Translations under genes and position numbers: made by a program | Assembly (NCBI RefSeq): GCF_009834535.1 | Contig: NC_045698.1 | Location: 5,334,001-5,398,000, forward strand | Length of the DNA: 64,000 nt | Source of the DNA: Camelus ferus | Lineage: Eukaryota | Direction: 5' to 3' | Shown: positions 13,205 to 25,700 of the stretch, piece after piece | How positions within the stretch are numbered: the stretch's first letter is position 1 | How the letters are laid out: every line of letters begins with the position of its first letter | The notes under the pieces: generated by a model | The model's database searches: none | Told to the model about the DNA's origin: nothing | What the model saw: only the letters and a program-made list of their open reading frames with translations

Positions 13205-13460
13205 CATTCATTTACTCATTTAGCAAGCATTTGTGAAAGACTGAGCAGGTTTGCTGGCGTCAGACTTACCAAGACCCAGGGCACAGGGTCACCCCTCAAA
13301 GCCCTGCAGGAGGGGAGGAGAAATCACTGCACAGACGCCCTGTGGTCTCGACATGTGAAGTGGAGAAGGGCAGCAGAGACAAAAGACATGTTGTGTTGGA
13401 CAGAAGCATCTCGAGTTTTCTGGAGGAAGTGACACTTGACGCCTGAGCTAAATCTTGGAG
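13205..13460 (-). mobile_element. LINE-2 3' end fragment
   Basis: Starts ttcattcatttactcatttagcaagcatttg (L2 3' terminus in antisense), followed by gaggaagtgacacttga-like motifs. Confidence 0.5.
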
Positions 13461-13813
13461 GAAACTAAGAGAAGGAGAAGGAAAGCTTCACGATGCGGTA
13501 GCAGGGCGCGGGGTCAGAGGTGGACTTAGTTCTCAGCACCGTCAGGACCCCGGCACCCTGCAGGAGGCCTTCAGGGTAAAGAGGCTTGAGTGGAAGGTCA
13601 GATTTCCTGAGAGGCAACTTGCAGTGGTGGGGCTAGGCCCCAGCGAAGGGCTGCGAGCAATGGCTGTGGGATTGGATACGTTCTAGTGGTGTGTCGAGGA
13701 TTCATGGAGACAGGGAGGCCCAACGGTGAATCCTGCAGAGCCAAACCAGAGCTGGCCGTGCCCGGGAAGGACGGAGCTCAGGGCAGAGGTTTTGACTTAG
13801 CCTGGGTATGTGG

Positions 13814-14244
13814 TGTTGACTGAAAACAAATTCACAGGAGAGCTGTGAACTGAGTTTTACTGGGGGCAGAATGAGGACTGCAGCCAGGGAGACAGGCTCT
13901 CAGAGAGCTCTGAGGAACTGCCTGAAGAGGCAGGGGGCGAGCTCAGTATATACATGATTTCTGTGAAAGGAGATGAGTGTTGCTGCAGGCCACTGGGAGT
14001 GAATGTCACCGTTAGTGGTGTTAGTGCCTTTCTAGATAGGAGAAGATGCAAGAAATGGGGCAAATAAAGTCTCCTCCTGATAGTATCTAGCTCTCTGTTC
14101 AGCCAGTTTTCCCAGAGCACAGAGCGCCTCCTTCCTGACCTCCGCCCTGAGCACCTCGCGGGGTGTGCTGTGGGTCAGCGACCACAGTGGCTCGTGACCT
14201 CATCCTTGCAGAGGCAGATGGCAAGCGCCAGCTTTTAGGTGGCA
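13814..14244 (-). mobile_element. ERV1 solo LTR, MER41-like
   Basis: TG...CA ends (tgttgactgaaaa...ggtggca). Internal gaggactgcagccagggagacaggctctcagagagctctgaggaactg resembles recalled MER41-type LTRs. Confidence 0.65.
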
Positions 14245-14822
14245 GCGAGGTGACAGGAGAAAGCACGTACCATGTATCTGCAAGGAGGATTTCCAGAAGC
14301 TTCTGTCGGAGGTGCAGAGCAGGCAGGGAGGGGAGCTTTGTGGGTGGAGGGTGCTGGGGCCATTCTCTCCGCAACAGCATTTTTCTCTCCGGGGGCTGGG
14401 CGCTCCTGGGAGAGTCATCTCGTTACAGATGTGTGTGCTGGATAGTTAATACTCAGAATGAGATTGCCATGTTGGTTTCTCCCACATTTGTTTAAAAAAA
14501 AACAACAGTTAAGAAAGAGGTAATGTAAAAAGTTCTAAAGGGGAGAACCACGGGCCCCTTGGTGCAGGAAGGGTGCTGCGGAGGTGATGAAGGATGGGTG
14601 ATCCCAGCTGAGCTACGTGTGAGTGGAGGGACCTCCGTGCACGACTCGGTGACCGGCAGACGACAGGGCTCCAGCTTCCACTCAGAGAGACCTCCTGTCC
14701 AGCATCACTGACGGCAGCTCTGGGCCCAGGGACCCCCTTCCCCGATGCCCCAGGGTCACCCAGGGCCTCGCTGCACAGCCGGGCCAGGCAGGCCTAGGGA
14801 TGCAGCGCCGCGTAGGGAGGAG

Positions 14823-15214
14823 TGTCAGTCATCCGGGGCTGCCCTGCAAAGTGCCACCCGCTGGACAGGTTAAACAACAAAACTGGTCTTCTCACAGCTC
14901 TGAAGTCTAGAAGTCAGAGATCAGGTGCCTGGACGGTGGTGTCTGGTGAAAACTCGCCTTGACTTGCAGAGGGCAGCCTCCATGCCATGTGCTCGTGTGG
15001 CCTCTGCTGGGGGCCGCGCAGAGGAAGGGAGGGAGCAAGCTCCCCAGTGTCTCCTCTTTCCTAAGACGCTTGTTGTCTTGGGTCAGGGCCCCACCCTTAG
15101 GACTTGATTTAACTTGACGCCCTCAGAGGCCCCATCTCCAGAGACAGCCACACGGAGGGTTAGGCCTCCGACGCGTGAGCTGGGGGGAGTACAAACACTC
15201 CACTGTCATTAACA
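14823..15214 (-). mobile_element. MaLR solo LTR (MLT1A-like)
   Basis: TG...CA ends. Motifs ttaaacaaca...tctcacagctctgaagtctagaagtc, ggccccacccttaggacttgatttaac and agggttagg. Strand assignment is tentative. Confidence 0.75.
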
Positions 15215-15757
15215 AGAGGAAGGTGGCCTTCTCCCTGCTTTAGCTTCCCCTCTGCTGCCGGAACCTGCATCCTACATTTCAGGATATCTCTGCTCCTCAC
15301 CTCAAGTCAGGATCTTGTTTAGAATTGTCTTTATTGGCCTCGGCCTAGCCCCAAAACAACTGCACGTAAATTGATAAAGAAACTTATTTACAGCCCAGGG
15401 GTGGGGCTGACTTCCTCCAGGCCGGAGACCACATGGGTCAGGACCGATGTCAGGAGACCATGCATGAAACACACACAGATTCTCTCTTCTCTCTGTGGTT
15501 CCGGTTCCCCAGAATATTTGATCTTAACAGCCCACCCAGACCTTTCCTGTTCCAGATACCCAAGTCACAGGAGACATCTCTGAGTTTCTTACAAATCGGT
15601 AAGAGGACCACAGACACCGCGAGGTCTGCAGGGTCTATTCTCCTTCACTCTGAGGACGAGGGAGGAAGAATTAGGCCCATCAGTCATCGCTCCAAGGAAG
15701 AAGCCACAGGCCACACTCCACCTGCTGTGGGAAGAGGCAGGCAAAGGCCACAGCTGT

Positions 15758-16770
15758 GTGTCCCGTGTTCTCTCCTTAAATATCTTTGCTGCAAGGGGTT
15801 TTGCTTCAGGACTAACCGGTATAAGACAGTCTTACCATAAAGGAGCAAGAAAATAAAATGAAGAAAGAGGCATTAAAATGGACATCATGACACATTAATA
15901 ACAAAATTTTTAAAGATCTGATTGTGAAAAATAAAAATACCAAAGATATTTGGGTGCCCTTGAAATGTGTGTAGATACAGGGTCATGGCTGTATTTGAGG
16001 GAATCTCAGAGAAAGCAGTGATGCTCTCTTTCTCGAGGTCCATCGCCAAGGATTCGGGACCTAATGTAGAACATGGGTTCTTTAGGATATAAACAACTTC
16101 TGCTCCACGTCTCTTCTGATCTCCCTGCGAGTAGAACGAACAGTGGAGGGACACTGCTGTTTCTTACCAATGTGTGTTAACGTAAATACCTGGTGATGCG
16201 CAGCTCAGCTATACTGACGTGTCCTGTCACGCCCAGTCCCCACAGTTCACCAAGTCATCTGAACCAAATTCTGTGCCAAATACTACAACTTTGTCCACAT
16301 CATGTCCTTTGCTGTCAAATGGCAAAAAAAATTTTCACCACTTTCGAGAAATTTATACCCATGAGGAATCACGCGGCCATCCCCTCTGGAGGAGTGATGG
16401 GAGTTGATTCTTCTGTTACCTCCAGCTTCTAACACTGCACGATGGATCTGGTAGAGAACATGGCAAGAGAACAAGGTGTTGTATCTGAATCAGACAAAGA
16501 ACCGGTGGTGAATGGTCTTGAAGACGGTTGTGGATGACTAGCCGCCTTTTATACATGTGCCACAGCTTGGTACATTTTTGGTTTTTGACAGATGGAGAGA
16601 TGAAAAATTTGCAAAAATTGGTATGTTATCATTTTCTAGTGTAATGAATCCAAAACTGAATCAACCATTGATTTCATCTATTGTGGCAAAAACGGCACGG
16701 CCTTATGGCTAATTAGTTGTGTAGCGTGACTGTTTGCAACAAAGATTCTTACTGGCTAATACCTAAAACC
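15758..16770 (-). mobile_element. Mutator-like (MULE/MuDR) DNA transposon fossil with decayed transposase core
   Basis: Degenerate ~85-bp TIRs (~15758-15840 and ~16685-16770) and a candidate 9-bp TSD. Minus-strand frameshifted peptide IPHGYKFLESGENF/LPFDSKGHDVDKVVVFGTE...DW/DRT...HQVFTL/PLFVLLAGRSEET/ILKNPCSTLGPESLAMDLEKESITAF matches MULE transposase motifs in order. Confidence 0.75.
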
Positions 16771-19000
16771 AACAACTGAAATTCAGTCATTTCCCCGAGG
16801 GATCAAGCCTTAGCACCTGTGCTCGGTGCCAGGGACACCAGGAAGGTCAGGCCTGGTCTTGAGCACCTCCTGTCCATGTGCGGGTCACAGACAGGTAACC
16901 ACAACCTAGACTGGAAATATGGGGGCCCTGCTAACTAGTGTGGAGCTGGTTTTATTTCCACTTCATAAATTACACCCATATTTTATTTCCAAGTTTATAT
17001 TATCCAGGAGCATTTTTGGATTAGACTTCTCATTCTCAATAAAGAAGAAAACTGTTTTTAATAAATTACCAGCATACAATATTCATAGTTTGATATCCAG
17101 AACAAGTATGCAGTTCTTAAAATGAGAATCGTGAACATGTACCTTGCATTTCATTTTCTGCTCCTTTGATTCTTCCAACTAGTCCCATATTTCTGCACCT
17201 GGTGCAGTCATAAGAAACACCCCCAAAAAAGTTTACTTCACTGATACCTAAAGCTTGTAACCTTGAATCAAGAAGTATTTTTATAGATCTCACTTTGAAT
17301 GCCAATCATTCTAGAATCCATTCCTGGCTTCTGTGCCTCAGTTGAAATTGCACTGACTGTAGCTTCGTCTCCTGGATTATTTAAGCTCACGCGCGTGAGA
17401 GTCTGTGGATCTGCCCAGAGGCCCAGGGCCCGTGGCTGTCCGGGTGGACCTGGAGATGTTCCTCCTCAAACGCGCTGGCCTCCTGGGTTAACTTGGTAAT
17501 CCTAGTGTGAAGCGTCAGTGCACGTTCAGACCCGAATCTGCAATCGGGAGGTGACTGTTCCTGTTGATCACAGGGTGATGTGTGACAGCTCACCTGGCCT
17601 TTATTCCTGGATCCTCAAAGGTGTTCCCTATTTACCTTTATCTCCCAAATACATCGCAGGTAGTCAGAATCCACAGAAATATGGCCAGTGGATTGGAAAA
17701 ATACCATATTTGAGAATTCGTGGGAATTGATCATTGTTTGCATACGTACAACATTTTATATACATAAAACATAATTTTCTGTCTAGAAATTATATATATA
17801 TACCTTTTCTATCTATATATAGATATATGTCTAGATATAGATGTATAGTTACATATATATGCAGGTATCTATGCATATATACTACATGCATATACATATG
17901 TAATTCAGGTTATTATTTTTTTTACCTTAAAAGTCTTTATTTTTAAAACATCAGAAAGTAGAAATAAAAATTCCTCAGTGTAATGACTTAACCCAGCTGG
18001 TTATTTATTTCGTCAACGTTTATTTGCAGATACTTTTCTTGGTGTGTAGATTACAGTTTTTTCTTACATTTCTGTACTCATGATTACGAGAATGTGTATC
18101 TGTCTGTTTCACTAAGCTTTATTCCATAAAATGCTGTGTTTATTTTTTTGCAAAATGTGTGACTGTGTCAGCCACCGCGAGCCCAGCTGGCACGATCACA
18201 CGCCCGGTGTGGCTGTTTAACTTGTGAGTGTGCGCAACGTTCTAGTGAAGGGTTTCGTCTCCAAGGTCTTTCTCTAGCTCAACTGCTTTCTTGAAATAGA
18301 TTTCTGAAAGTCAGTCAACATGTAAGAATGCTTACTTTCATATAATTTTTATTTTTCAACATCTGAGGGGGATGCATGTGTTTGTGTGCCTGCAGCAACG
18401 TACTATGTTAGTGGTCTGAACTGATTGCTTCTCATGTTAGAATTTTTACCCAGTTTTCGAAAACGATTCAAGCACAGTTGTTTTTTTTTTACTTTATAGA
18501 AATGAAAACCATGACAATGAAAGTACCTTTAGTAAGTGTGAAAGGAGTAAAATCTTCCTGCCTAGAGCGTGAAGCCACCCTGAATGTTTTTGATGCTCTG
18601 GGGTGTGTTGCTCACCGTAAGCTAAGAAACATACTGCTTCTCTGTGAACCAAATCCGTTAGGGGATGAAACTGCTGTGTGGTTTCAGTAAAACATCCGGT
18701 AGTAAATTTATTGACACAGTTAAGTCCTTTTGGTGACTTATCTCCCTAATTATTCAAGTTGAATAACTTGAGTTTCAGTTGGGTATGACAGTTGATTTGT
18801 CATATAGAATTTTCAAAGGAGGACAAGGCAGTGTCTGAATAAGAAAAATGTCTTTGCAGATCCTGTTAACAAACCTGGATTCCATATCCAGTTATTTGGC
18901 ATTATGAAGAAAGAAGAATACAAGTCATTTTTAAAAAATAGTTCCAGATGTTTGGTTAGAGATTTGGTTTTATGATGTGTCTGTCCTTTTTTGTTTCCAG

Positions 19001-19070
19001 GCAATGGCTCAAGTCCGAAGACATTCAGAGAATCTCGTTACTTTTCTACAATAAAATACTAGAGAAAGAA
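19001..19070 (+). CDS. ADCY2: ADCY2 coding exon (~exon 13, 70 nt)
   Basis: Acceptor ttgtttccag|G and donor GAA|gtaagc. Encodes QWLKSEDIQRISLLFYNKILEKE. Confidence 0.96.
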
Positions 19071-19408
19071 GTAAGCTATTTTCCTTCAAAATCAATCATT
19101 TTGCCAAAATATTACTTTTAAAAAATTCCACCATGGAATTGTATTCATGTTTTTTTCACTCATGACATTTAAACTGCTTCTAACCGCGTCAGGTTTCTTC
19201 CCAGCTTTTCCTGTGGTGCTTCATGCAGATATGTTTTCCCACATTTCTTGTTGCTACATGTCTGTCTTTGTCTTGTCACCACTCTCAACACCCCTGGTAG
19301 TAAATGCTGTCTGTGATACGTGGGGCGATGGAGTTAACAAAGGGAAGGAGTTAGTACTTTGCTTTCTCAGTGGAAAGTTTTCTTAGAAAAGGTTTTAAAA
19401 GGAAGACA

Positions 19409-19695
19409 GATGATCGATTTCTTGAACATGTGTAAGCACATTTGTCTGTCCTTTATGACTGGATCACCACATTCTGTTGATTCTTATTTTATGGTTGGCT
19501 TTATTCCTTTGATAGCTATGTAAGTAAAAAGCTAAAGCTCTAAATTGTTCTTAGAAGCAATGATCAGTACATATATGTAAACTAAAAAATATGTGCAGTA
19601 TATTGTATATACGTATTTACATGCAATATAATGTGTATGTGCAGTCAAACTATAATAATTCTACCTAATAAGCTGAAAAATGAAAAAAAAAAAAG
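19409..19695 (+). mobile_element. Poly(A)-tailed retroposed insertion of unrecognised sequence, with TSD
   Basis: GAAAAGGTTTTAAA at 19386-19399 and 19696-19709 flanks ~290 bp that ends in A12. Confidence 0.7.
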
Positions 19696-20348
19696 GAAAA
19701 GGTTTTAAAGGGAGGCAAAATCCTTTCTGATAAGTTTATAATGTCTTTATACAAATTACTTTAAATTTTTGATAAAAGCATGAGATTTACATTCATCCCC
19801 TGTTTGGGAGAATTAGAAACCCTAAACTTTTAAGTTTCGTTGCATCTAAATAGTTTCACATTATGACTCGCAAAGTGAGAGCTATTTCAGGCACAGGTAA
19901 ATAGGTGGACATTTACTTTGTACATGTCAAGCTTAACATGGATTTGCTAAAATAAATTAAGTAATTATAGCAGAAAGGACAATTGTTCCAGGTTGGCCTT
20001 TTGTTTTGTGTCGATCTAGAAAAGAAACAGGTTAGAGGTAAGATGTCCATCATCCAGCCATATAATTACAGCCTTAATTTGAACAAAAGCTACCATATTA
20101 GTGGCAGCAGTCACTGCAATGATAGTAAAACTCTGTTGAGGAAATGTAGTTCATTGTTTTATGGATATTGAAATGGACATACCACATATCAAAAATCCTT
20201 CCACAATTCGTTAAGGTTGGATCTTACAGTTACACCAGAACTGTCTTTTATATTAGTTAGTGGCCAAGAAGGTCAGTTGTGTGCTTCTAAGTCAGAGCCT
20301 TGACTGCAGTAAGTTTACCAAATTGCTGTTTTATATAATTTTTTATTA

Positions 20349-20351
<3 letters not shown>

Positions 20352-20393
<42 letters not shown>
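20352..20393. repeat. (TTA)14 microsatellite
   Basis: Perfect trinucleotide run. Confidence 0.95.
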
Positions 20394-20396
<3 letters not shown>

Positions 20397-21064
20397 GCTA
20401 TTTTATCTTTGAACAACTTATACATTAATGACTACTTATTGTTTAAATGTTAAATTATTTCCTTCCTGATAAAAATCTTTTTCTTTTATTAATACCACTC
20501 CTTTCCTTTATTAATACCATGGAGAGATTCCAACTCATGTCTCTATACACAGCGCAGAAGACAAGGGCATAATTGAAAGCATAAAACATGATCACATTTT
20601 AGTAATTATGCTAATATAGCTTCTTCATCAGGATGTAAATTATCCTGGCTATTAAGTCACAAAATTCACCCAAAAATATTCTAGTAAACAGAAAGTGATC
20701 ATCATTCAAACAGGAAGCTTTTGCTGACGTTCCCCATGTGAGCATTTGCAGAGGCCGGCTCTGAGGCAGACATTAGACAGCACTGAGACTCAAGCTCACT
20801 TTCTGTCCTCCTATTCCCAGCCTGCTCTTCAGGCTGGCAGGAGGGGTAAAAGACAGCAAGACAGAGGGGAGGAGTCAGACCACCAGAGATCCGCCATCCA
20901 CACCAAAACCCCAGAGGCTAAACCCAAGAAATACACACCTAACTTCCCAGCACTTGGGAAACTGCAGATGTAGCTAATGCAACCTGTCAGCGTTGTCAGG
21001 AGGTTTCTATAGCATTGCCACAAACACTTTATTTCCATTCATTTTTTTAGAGAACCCTCTTTTG

Positions 21065-21290
21065 AGAGGCAGTAGAGACTCACGGTTGGAAGCCTGGGTT
21101 TGGAGCCAGTCTACCTGGGTGAAGATCTTGGTTTTGCCATGTGCTGTGTATTTCTGAATGTTAATCAGTCATTCTGGTCCAAAGTTCCTTTATCCAAAAC
21201 TTGGGACAATAATAGTTCCTGTCTTGGGCAGTTGTTGTGAGGATTAAGTGAGTTAGTCCATGGAAGCGTGGAGAGTACCCAGCACACCAT
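21065..21290 (+). mobile_element. MIR SINE
   Basis: ggagccagtctacctgggt...gggacaataatagttcct...gttgttgtgaggattaagtgagttag. Confidence 0.75.
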
Positions 21291-22037
21291 CACCATCATA
21301 AAGGTGATATGTGACAGACCACTATCACATCATGATTGCAGCACTGGCCAGCTTGTCCTGCTAACTCAAGCAGGGACAGTCCCAACCAGGCAGCCACATT
21401 GATCCATTTATGATCCTCGATGTTATGGAAAGTTGCTTGAACCTGCCAATTATGCTGGATGAGTAGCTAGGGTGTCCAGCAGCCAGCCCCAGACAGGCAA
21501 ACAGAACGATCGGAGACCTAGAACAGAGCCTGCTGGTCTTCTGTCTTGTAAATTCACTCACTATAATAAAATAAAATACTAAAACGATTAAATCAAATGA
21601 GGAAATTGCATTTCCTCAATAGTGTTCAAAAGTAAAATATTATTACGTGAAGTGATTTGCTTTCCCCAAGTAATCGGGGACCTCAGACCCACAAGGGAAC
21701 CGGGACACCTGCAGGTGACGTCCCTGCAGTCCCCTCACTCATCTTCCTGGCCAGGTGCCCACTCTCCTTGATGGAGTGATCTGAGTGCCTTTAAATGGGT
21801 TTCTGAACAGTTGGACTCATAAAACTCATGGCCGTCAGAGTCCCTCCTTCACCGCTCATTTGGAGGGAGGAAGCTCACACTGCTGGAGATGAGCAGCCCT
21901 TGTCCTTAGCTCATGTTTTGCCACAATCTACAAGTGACGAGTGTGATGCGTGAACTAGATACGGTCAGGCTGCCGGATGATCGTTTCAGCCCTTCTCTTA
22001 GAAAGCCCCTCATTCCTGGTTTCTTTCCTCCTGTCAG

Positions 22038-22135
22038 TACCGAGCCACGGCACTGCCAGCGTTCAAGTATTACGTGACCTGCGCCTGCCTCATCTTCTTC
22101 TGCATCTTCATCGTGCAGATCCTGGTGTTACCCAA
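22038..22135 (+). CDS. ADCY2: ADCY2 coding exon (~exon 14, 98 nt), first TM helix of M2
   Basis: Acceptor ctgtcag|TAC and donor AA|gtaagt. Encodes YRATALPAFKYYVTCACLIFFCIFIVQILVLP(K). Confidence 0.96.
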
Positions 22136-24059
22136 GTAAGTGCGCACGGCTCTCCTCTGCGGTTCTCACTGGGCGTGCCTCTCTGCTGGGGCCCCGGCGT
22201 ACTGAAGGGTATGAGAGGATGGATAGTTTCCACCAGAGCGCTTATGTAACATGGTGGAGGGGGGAGCAGGGAGGGGACGCAGGGCGGGGCAGGTTAATTC
22301 AGGATCCACGAAGCTGAGCGCCCCCCACTACCCGCGTGTCACACTTAGTTACAGTAATTCTGGATTTTCAAGGTGGACATGTTGATTCACTTTATTGGGA
22401 TGTTTTTAAATAAATTTAGCCATTTTACTTTGATTTCCATACTATGCTGATACTTATGTGTAAGAAACATAATCCAATCAACTTTACCCAGAAAGGGCAA
22501 CATCACCAGATGTTGCCTCTAGTAAACAAGTAACCCTGTTGTATATTGAAAGGACAAAGCCTGCAGTGGGCTCACTTGCCCACCCACCCATCCTGACCTC
22601 ATGTTCCCCTCCCTCAAGTCCACCCTCTCCGCCGTCTCCGATGGTTGCGAGTCCCTGTCCAGCTCGCCCCTCCCCAGAGAGACCTGGAACAGACAGGAGA
22701 ACTGAGTAACCAGATTGCACATCTTCACATTTGTCCACCTACTGGGAAAATCCAGGAATCACTCTGATTCCTATGTCGTCTTTCCCTCGTACCTTCTTAG
22801 TGAGTGCGATTTAAGTCAGCTGAGTTCCTTTAAAGAAACGGATTCTTTCTCATTGTACAGTCTAAAGGAAAAGAAGACTCTTGTCCCTCTTCCAACAGTT
22901 GGGGATCAGAAGGAACTTCTAAGACACGTTTCCTTTCCCCTGATCATTGCGTGTTTTGCAAAGGCCGCAGTGACCGTCTCCAGTCTAGCTGGCATTCCTT
23001 GTGTGGTTGCGTTTAACTTCAGCAGGACCGCCCGCATTTGTGGGCAACTTGAGTTGCTGAGGCTGGGTTACAGTTGGTCTTATGAAGATGTGAGCAAACT
23101 AGAAGGAAATGGTCTGCCTTCCCCTCTGTACTCCAAACAACACCAAACAGTGTTCTGGGCACTGAGCCAACACCAGGTATTTGTAGATTAATGACAAATC
23201 AAAGTGTTCCTCATACATGTATGGTTCCAAAGCTCTCCACCCACTTTTAGAAGAAGTTCCACTGGGCGTCCCCTCCCTCCCCCATAAATTAGCATTGAAA
23301 TACGTTCGCCAGATGAGTTCTTCCTGTCGACCTACACAGCCTTGACTGAAATCTGTCAGCCTATCAGTTTTCCATCAGCAAAAATGTTAACAAATTGAGC
23401 TGCTTTTAAGTTCAGCTGTTGTTGCACAGACAAGGCTCACTGAATAGGAGAGGGGCATTTAGAAAGTGATGTAGGTGAAGCAGGTGTCACCCAGGGACGC
23501 AGGCCCTTGTTGATACTCTGAAGTAGATAAGGTCTTGCCTTTTTCTACATCTTCCTATTGGAGGAGTATTTTTATATTTTCTATGTCACGGTGAAGATAG
23601 GGTTTCTCTCCTGCTGTTGGGACGGGAGACCATGACTAGGGCATTATAAACGACCAGACCAAAGAAGACAGAAAGACTTCTGGGGACTAGGAAAAACCTG
23701 TCATGAAATGACAGTGTTTTAAAAAAAAAAATCAAGTTGACGTCATCTCTGTCTTTGCTTTTATTTTCTTGTCTCTTTTCTGTTGCATTGCTTATGGGAA
23801 CCCGTGGAAGTTCATTTTCTCGGGCATCATTACCAATTATTGTGTTTCTCTTGAACAACAAGTTGGACTTTGAGCATGAACACTGTGAAATAGGTGCTGG
23901 GTCCTTCTTCCTCTTTGTGTTGGCAGTTAGAAAGCTCAGAGTAAGGTCTGTGGACGCCTCTAAGAGCGCTAAGACCTGCACTTCTGTACCAGCCTCGTAG
24001 TGTGGTATATCATATTATATTAGTCTTTTTCCTTCACTTTTCTTTTATTCTAATGTCCT

Positions 24060-25700
24060 AATTTTTCTTTTTTTCCTTTTAAATATTCTTGCTGTGCAAT
24101 ATTTCAAAGATACAGAAAAAGTACAGCGCTTAATGTAATAAATGTGCATTTGCACACAATCCAGGCTTCACAAACGATAATCCTGTCGTATTTACTGTAT
24201 GTGCATTTCCATGCTCTTGGGGCCATTATTGGTTGAGTGTATTTCCTGTAAACAATATCCGTTTTTATTTTTCATTTATTCAAAAAGATCTCATATCTTT
24301 TTGTATATTAATATGACTTTATTCCATTTGTGTTTTAATTCGTTTATTGCTGTGTGTGGACCTACTTCTACTCTCTTATTTCATGTTTCATTTACTTTGC
24401 TTTTCTTTGGTTTTCCCCACACCCGCGTCCCCCATCCTCCTAACCTCCGAAAGACGGATCCAGTTTTCTCTATTCTTAATTTTCCTTGACTGGTTAGGAA
24501 ATACATACAGATATATATAATGGGGAATATTTTATATACGGCAGATGGGGGGGCTCCTATATATTCTTCTTTCAATGATTGGCATTGAAATCTTAACATA
24601 TATTTTTAATTTAATAAAGCCTAAAGTTAATCCTTATGTCTCTTCTGTGTAACTGTTTCTTAGGATTGTAATTCCAGATGGTAATTATAGTCAGTATTTA
24701 TTTAGAGTTACCCACATTCTTTACCATTCTATTGGCTCATCGGTGCTTTTTAAAAGTTATTTCATCAAGTTTGTTCTTGCTGATGTCCGTCATGTATTAG
24801 TTCTCTTCTTTATGATCTGTGAGTAGTAATAGCTCCTATTTTTTGTTTGTATTGAAGTATCTTTATCTGCTTTATGTCGCATTGGCGCTTGAATAATAGT
24901 TTGGGTATAAAATTCTAGATTAACTCTTATTTCCCCTTAGGATTGCAATGCTATTATTGCACTGGATCTCACTTCTGTTGTTGCTAAGGAAATGTCTTCT
25001 GTCAGCACCATTACATGCCTTTTCAGGCAACCTGTCTTTCTCTATGTGTGCTTTGGAGGGGGGGTTGGAGGGGTGTGGCTGGATTTTTTAGTACGTGGCT
25101 TCTAGATACGTATTTGTCCTTATTTCCCTAAGTGACAAGGTGTGATTATTTTTCAATCTGAGGATTCATGTCCTTGCTTAGTTCTCAGTGATTCTTTGCC
25201 TGTATCACCTTATGTATTGCTTCTCCTCTCTTTTCTGTGTTCTTTCCTTCTGAAACTCTTAATAATTGTATATTGTGCTGTTCATTCTGTGCTCCAGGTC
25301 CTGTCATTTTTCCTCAAAGTTCCCACCTCTTTACTTCTTTGTGTTGCCTTCTGGTGGCTTCCTCACCCACTTTTTCATATCTAAGAAGCCTTTTATTTGA
25401 ATTTTTCCTGTAATTCTATATTGTACCTGTGAATTTATTTTTTCCCTTTTATTTTCAGATTTGAAACATATTATCTGAAGGTGTGACCTGTTTTATTATG
25501 TTATTTGTGTTCATAAATGTGTGAATCCTGTTATTTAGTCTGCCTGTTGTCTGTTTCATGGGCATGTGTGTCTTTGGTGTCATCTGTCACTTCTACTGTG
25601 AGTTCATCAAAGCAAGGGTCTTGGTCCATGGTAACCTCCGATGTTCTGAGTCATTAAGGCATCACTGTGATGTGGTTTTCACTGTGTCTCTGCCAGGTAC
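24060..25700 (-). mobile_element. Old, fragmented L1 (L1M-type), antisense
   Basis: T-rich tract with L1-like motifs (gggtataaaattctagatt; ttctgttgttgct). Boundaries are approximate. Confidence 0.5.

Noticed and set aside
17755..17905. Palindromic-looking AT-rich tract
   Set aside because: Low-complexity TA/CA alternation explains the self-complementarity.
22496..22517. Hairpin GGCAACATC-ACCA-GATGTTGCC
   Set aside because: A 9-bp stem is too short for a miRNA or MITE and is expected by chance.
22715..23191. 158-aa plus-strand ORF in intron 14
   Set aside because: No recognisable protein features, and the ADCY2 frame is already continuous without it.
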